A stretch of DNA of 10,621 nucleotides from Chlamydiota bacterium. Lineage in GTDB: Bacteria; Auribacterota; Tritonobacteria; UBA1439. The notes beneath the pieces are model-generated. The model worked only from the letters and a program-made list of their open reading frames with translations, was not told the DNA's origin and ran no database searches. The DNA lies in NCBI GenBank assembly GCA_037133055.1, contig JBAXOY010000104.1, positions 1-10,621 on the forward strand, read 5' to 3'. This document shows positions 8,315-10,621 of this stretch, piece after piece (positions within the stretch are counted from its first letter, which is position 1; each line of letters opens with the position of its first letter). The position numbers and the translations under genes are program-made.

Positions 8315-9654
8315 AGCCCGTACAGGTTGATCTTCCTGTGCAGCGTGCGCCGGCTTATCCCGAGCGCCTTCGCCGCCTCGGTCCTCGACCCTCCGGCATT
8401 CGCCAGCGCCTCCTCGATCATCCTGCGCTCCGCGTCCTTGAGCGTCGCCGCGCCCGCCGGCGCTGCTCCCGCGGCGTCGACGGGACCGGGTTCGGGCGCT
8501 CCCTCCCGCAGCTTTCCCGGCAGGTCGGAGAAGGCGATCTCGTTTCCCCTGCAGAGCACGACGAGCCCCTCGACGCAGTTGCGGAGCTCCCGCACGTTCC
8601 CCGGCCACTCGTAGGCGGCGAGCGCGGAGAGCGCCGCGGGGGCTATCCCAGAGATCCGTCTGCCGTTCGCCGCGTTGAACTCCTTCAGGAACTCCGCCGC
8701 GAGCAGGGGTATGTCCTCTTTCCTTTCCCGCAGGGGCAGCACCTTCAGCCGGATGACGTTAAGCCGGTAGTACAGGTCCTCCCGGAACCTCCCCTCCCGC
8801 ATGAGCTTCTCCAGGGGCGCGTTCGTCGCGGCGATGACGCGCACGTCGACGCGGATCGTCTCCGTCCCGCCGACCCGATCGAACGCCTGCTCCTGGAGCA
8901 CGCGAAGCAGCTTCACCTGGGTCCCCGCCCCCATCTCGCTCACCTCGTCGAGGAAGAGCGTGCCCCGGTCGGACATTTCGAACCGGCCGAGGTGCCGCTT
9001 GAACGCGCCCGTGAAAGCCCCCCGCTCGTGGCCGAAGAGCTCGCTCTCGAGCACTCCCTCCGCGAGGGCGGCGCAGTGCACCGCGATGAAGGGCTGGGCG
9101 CTCCGGTCGCTCCGGTCGTGGATGGCGCGCGCGATGAGCTCCTTCCCCGTCCCGCTCTCGCCCTCGATGAGGACGGTCGCTTTTGTCGGGGCGATCTGGC
9201 GCACCATGTCCTTTATCTCCTCGACCGCCCCGCTCCGGCCGATGAGCGCGTCGAAGCCCTGCGCCTCGCCGGGCGTTTCTCCGCCCGGGGGCCGCGCGGC
9301 GAGGGCGCGGTTGACCACCATCCCCAGCTCGTCGAGGTTCACGGGCTTCGTCAGGTAATCGTACGCCCCCTCCTTCATCGCCTGGACCGCGGTCTGCACG
9401 GTCCCGTAGGCCGTGAGAAGGATAAAGACCGCTTCGTACCTCAGGGCCCGCGACTTCCTCATGAGATCGAGGCCGCTCTCCCCCGGCATCCGGAGGTCGG
9501 TGAGCACGAGGTCCACCTTCCCGAGCGCGAGAATCCCGAGCGCCTCCGCGCTGTTCGCCGCAAGCAGTATCCCGTATGCGGGCGACTCCAGCGCCTTCCG
9601 GAGCCCCTCGCGGGTGTTCTTCTCGTCGTCGACGATGAGGATGGACGGCTTCAT
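8311..9654 (-). CDS. Sigma54-dependent NtrC/AtoC-family response regulator (REC-AAA+-Fis HTH)
   Basis: MKPSILIVDDE, LVLTDLRMPG, GESGTGKE, intact GAFTGA, LFLDEV, FREDLYYRL, WPGNVREL, AAKALGISRRTLHRKI. Start 9654 chosen because it lies just after the kinase stop. Confidence 0.96.
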   Translation of the reverse strand: MKPSILIVDDEKNTREGLRKALESPAYGILLAANSAEALGILALGKVDLVLTDLRMPGESGLDLMRKSRALRYEAVFILLTAYGTVQTAVQAMKEGAYDYLTKPVNLDELGMVVNRALAARPPGGETPGEAQGFDALIGRSGAVEEIKDMVRQIAPTKATVLIEGESGTGKELIARAIHDRSDRSAQPFIAVHCAALAEGVLESELFGHERGAFTGAFKRHLGRFEMSDRGTLFLDEVSEMGAGTQVKLLRVLQEQAFDRVGGTETIRVDVRVIAATNAPLEKLMREGRFREDLYYRLNVIRLKVLPLRERKEDIPLLAAEFLKEFNAANGRRISGIAPAALSALAAYEWPGNVRELRNCVEGLVVLCRGNEIAFSDLPGKLREGAPEPGPVDAAGAAPAGAATLKDAERRMIEEALANAGGSRTEAAKALGISRRTLHRKINLYGL

Positions 9655-9658
9655 CGCG

Positions 9659-10621
9659 TCACGCGCGCCCCTTTTCTCCGGGCCGGCCTTCCCCACCGCC
9701 GGTGAGGAGTTTCCCGTATTTCGCCGGAACGGGGATCCGCACCGTGATCGTCGTCCCCTTCCCCGGCGTGCTCGACACCACGAGATCCCCCCCGTGCTCG
9801 CTCACGAGCCGCTCCACGATCACGAGCCCCAGGCCGCTGCCCCCGTCCTTCGTGGTGAAGTAGGGCTCGAAGATCCTCCCGAGGTGGTCTTCGGGGATGC
9901 CGCATCCGCTGTCCGCGACGCTCACCGTGACCTGCCCGCGATCGAGCCCCGCTTCGACCCTGATCGAGCCGCCCCGGGGCATCGCCTGGACCGCGTTCCT
10001 GAGCAGGTTGATGAAGACCTGCCTGAGCTGGTCCGCGTTGCACATGACCGGGGGCACGAACGGCGCGTAGCGCCGCTCGAGCGCGATGCCGGCGCGCCGC
10101 ATCTCGGGCTCCATGAAATCCAGCGTCCGATCGAGCAGCGCGGGCACGTCCCCCTCGGCGAACGCCGGGGGCTCCGGACGCGCCGCTTTCAGGAACCGGC
10201 TGACGATCCCCTCGAGACGCTTCACCTCCACCTTGGCGACATCGAGAAGCTCCCCGAGCTCCGTCTTTCCCGCCCCCTTGAGGAGCCCCACCCTGCGCTC
10301 GATGAGCTGGAGGTGGATGTCGAGGCTGTTCAGGGGATTGCCGACCTCGTGGGCTATCCCCGCCGCCATCATGCCGAACGCCTGCATGCGCTTGACCTGC
10401 GTGTGCCGCTCCTGCTTCAGGACGTCGGCGGTGGTGACCCGGAAGATGAAAACCGCGCCGTCGAACGCGCCGTCGGCGTTCGCAATCGGCACCACGGTGA
10501 CCGTGAGGTGCTCCGGGGCGGGCCGCTTCACGGTCATCTCCCGGGCGAGTATGCCCCGGCGGCTCCGGAGCGCTTCCGCGACGATGGCATCCGAGCCGTC
10601 GCCTTTAACTTTCACCGGCTC
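9659..10621 (-). CDS. Sensor histidine kinase (NtrB-like, probable PAS domain), 5'-truncated by the window edge
   Basis: H-box AGIAHEVGNPL, N-box QVFINLLRNA, G1 DSGCGI, F-box IFEPYFTTK, G2 GSGLGL; frame stays open to the window end. Confidence 0.95.
   Translation of the reverse strand, partial: EPVKVKGDGSDAIVAEALRSRRGILAREMTVKRPAPEHLTVTVVPIANADGAFDGAVFIFRVTTADVLKQERHTQVKRMQAFGMMAAGIAHEVGNPLNSLDIHLQLIERRVGLLKGAGKTELGELLDVAKVEVKRLEGIVSRFLKAARPEPPAFAEGDVPALLDRTLDFMEPEMRRAGIALERRYAPFVPPVMCNADQLRQVFINLLRNAVQAMPRGGSIRVEAGLDRGQVTVSVADSGCGIPEDHLGRIFEPYFTTKDGGSGLGLVIVERLVSEHGGDLVVSSTPGKGTTITVRIPVPAKYGKLLTGGGEGRPGEKGRA

Noticed and set aside
8315..8608. N-terminal extensions of track ORFs 7712-8608, 7512-7841, 8311-9696 and 6192-7439
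   Set aside because: They overlap neighbouring genes or promoters; downstream ATGs with an SD or translational coupling are better starts.

Overview
High-GC bacterial chromosomal window. The dnaK-groES-groEL order, short omega subunit and protein style suggest a PVC-superphylum-like lineage (inference). Host genes run on the minus strand: sensor histidine kinase (5'-partial), NtrC-family sigma54 activator, secreted hypothetical protein, small Zn-ribbon membrane protein, dnaK, groES, groEL, rpoZ and an ABC-transporter ATPase (3'-partial). Between the Zn-ribbon gene and dnaK lies a ~2 kb lower-GC islet (5501-7503) bracketed by imperfect 21-bp direct repeats. It has no integrase or transposase. 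It carries a 9-bp-periodic repeat cluster, a decayed hicB-hicA toxin-antitoxin pair, a 59-bp attC/REP-like hairpin, and one intact plus-strand AAA+/wHTH/PD-(D/E)xK (COG1373/DUF4143-type) gene preceded by three 22-bp iteron-like repeats. dnaK has a well-formed sigma54 -24/-12 promoter with candidate enhancer palindromes and no CIRCE, suggesting control by the neighbouring two-component system.
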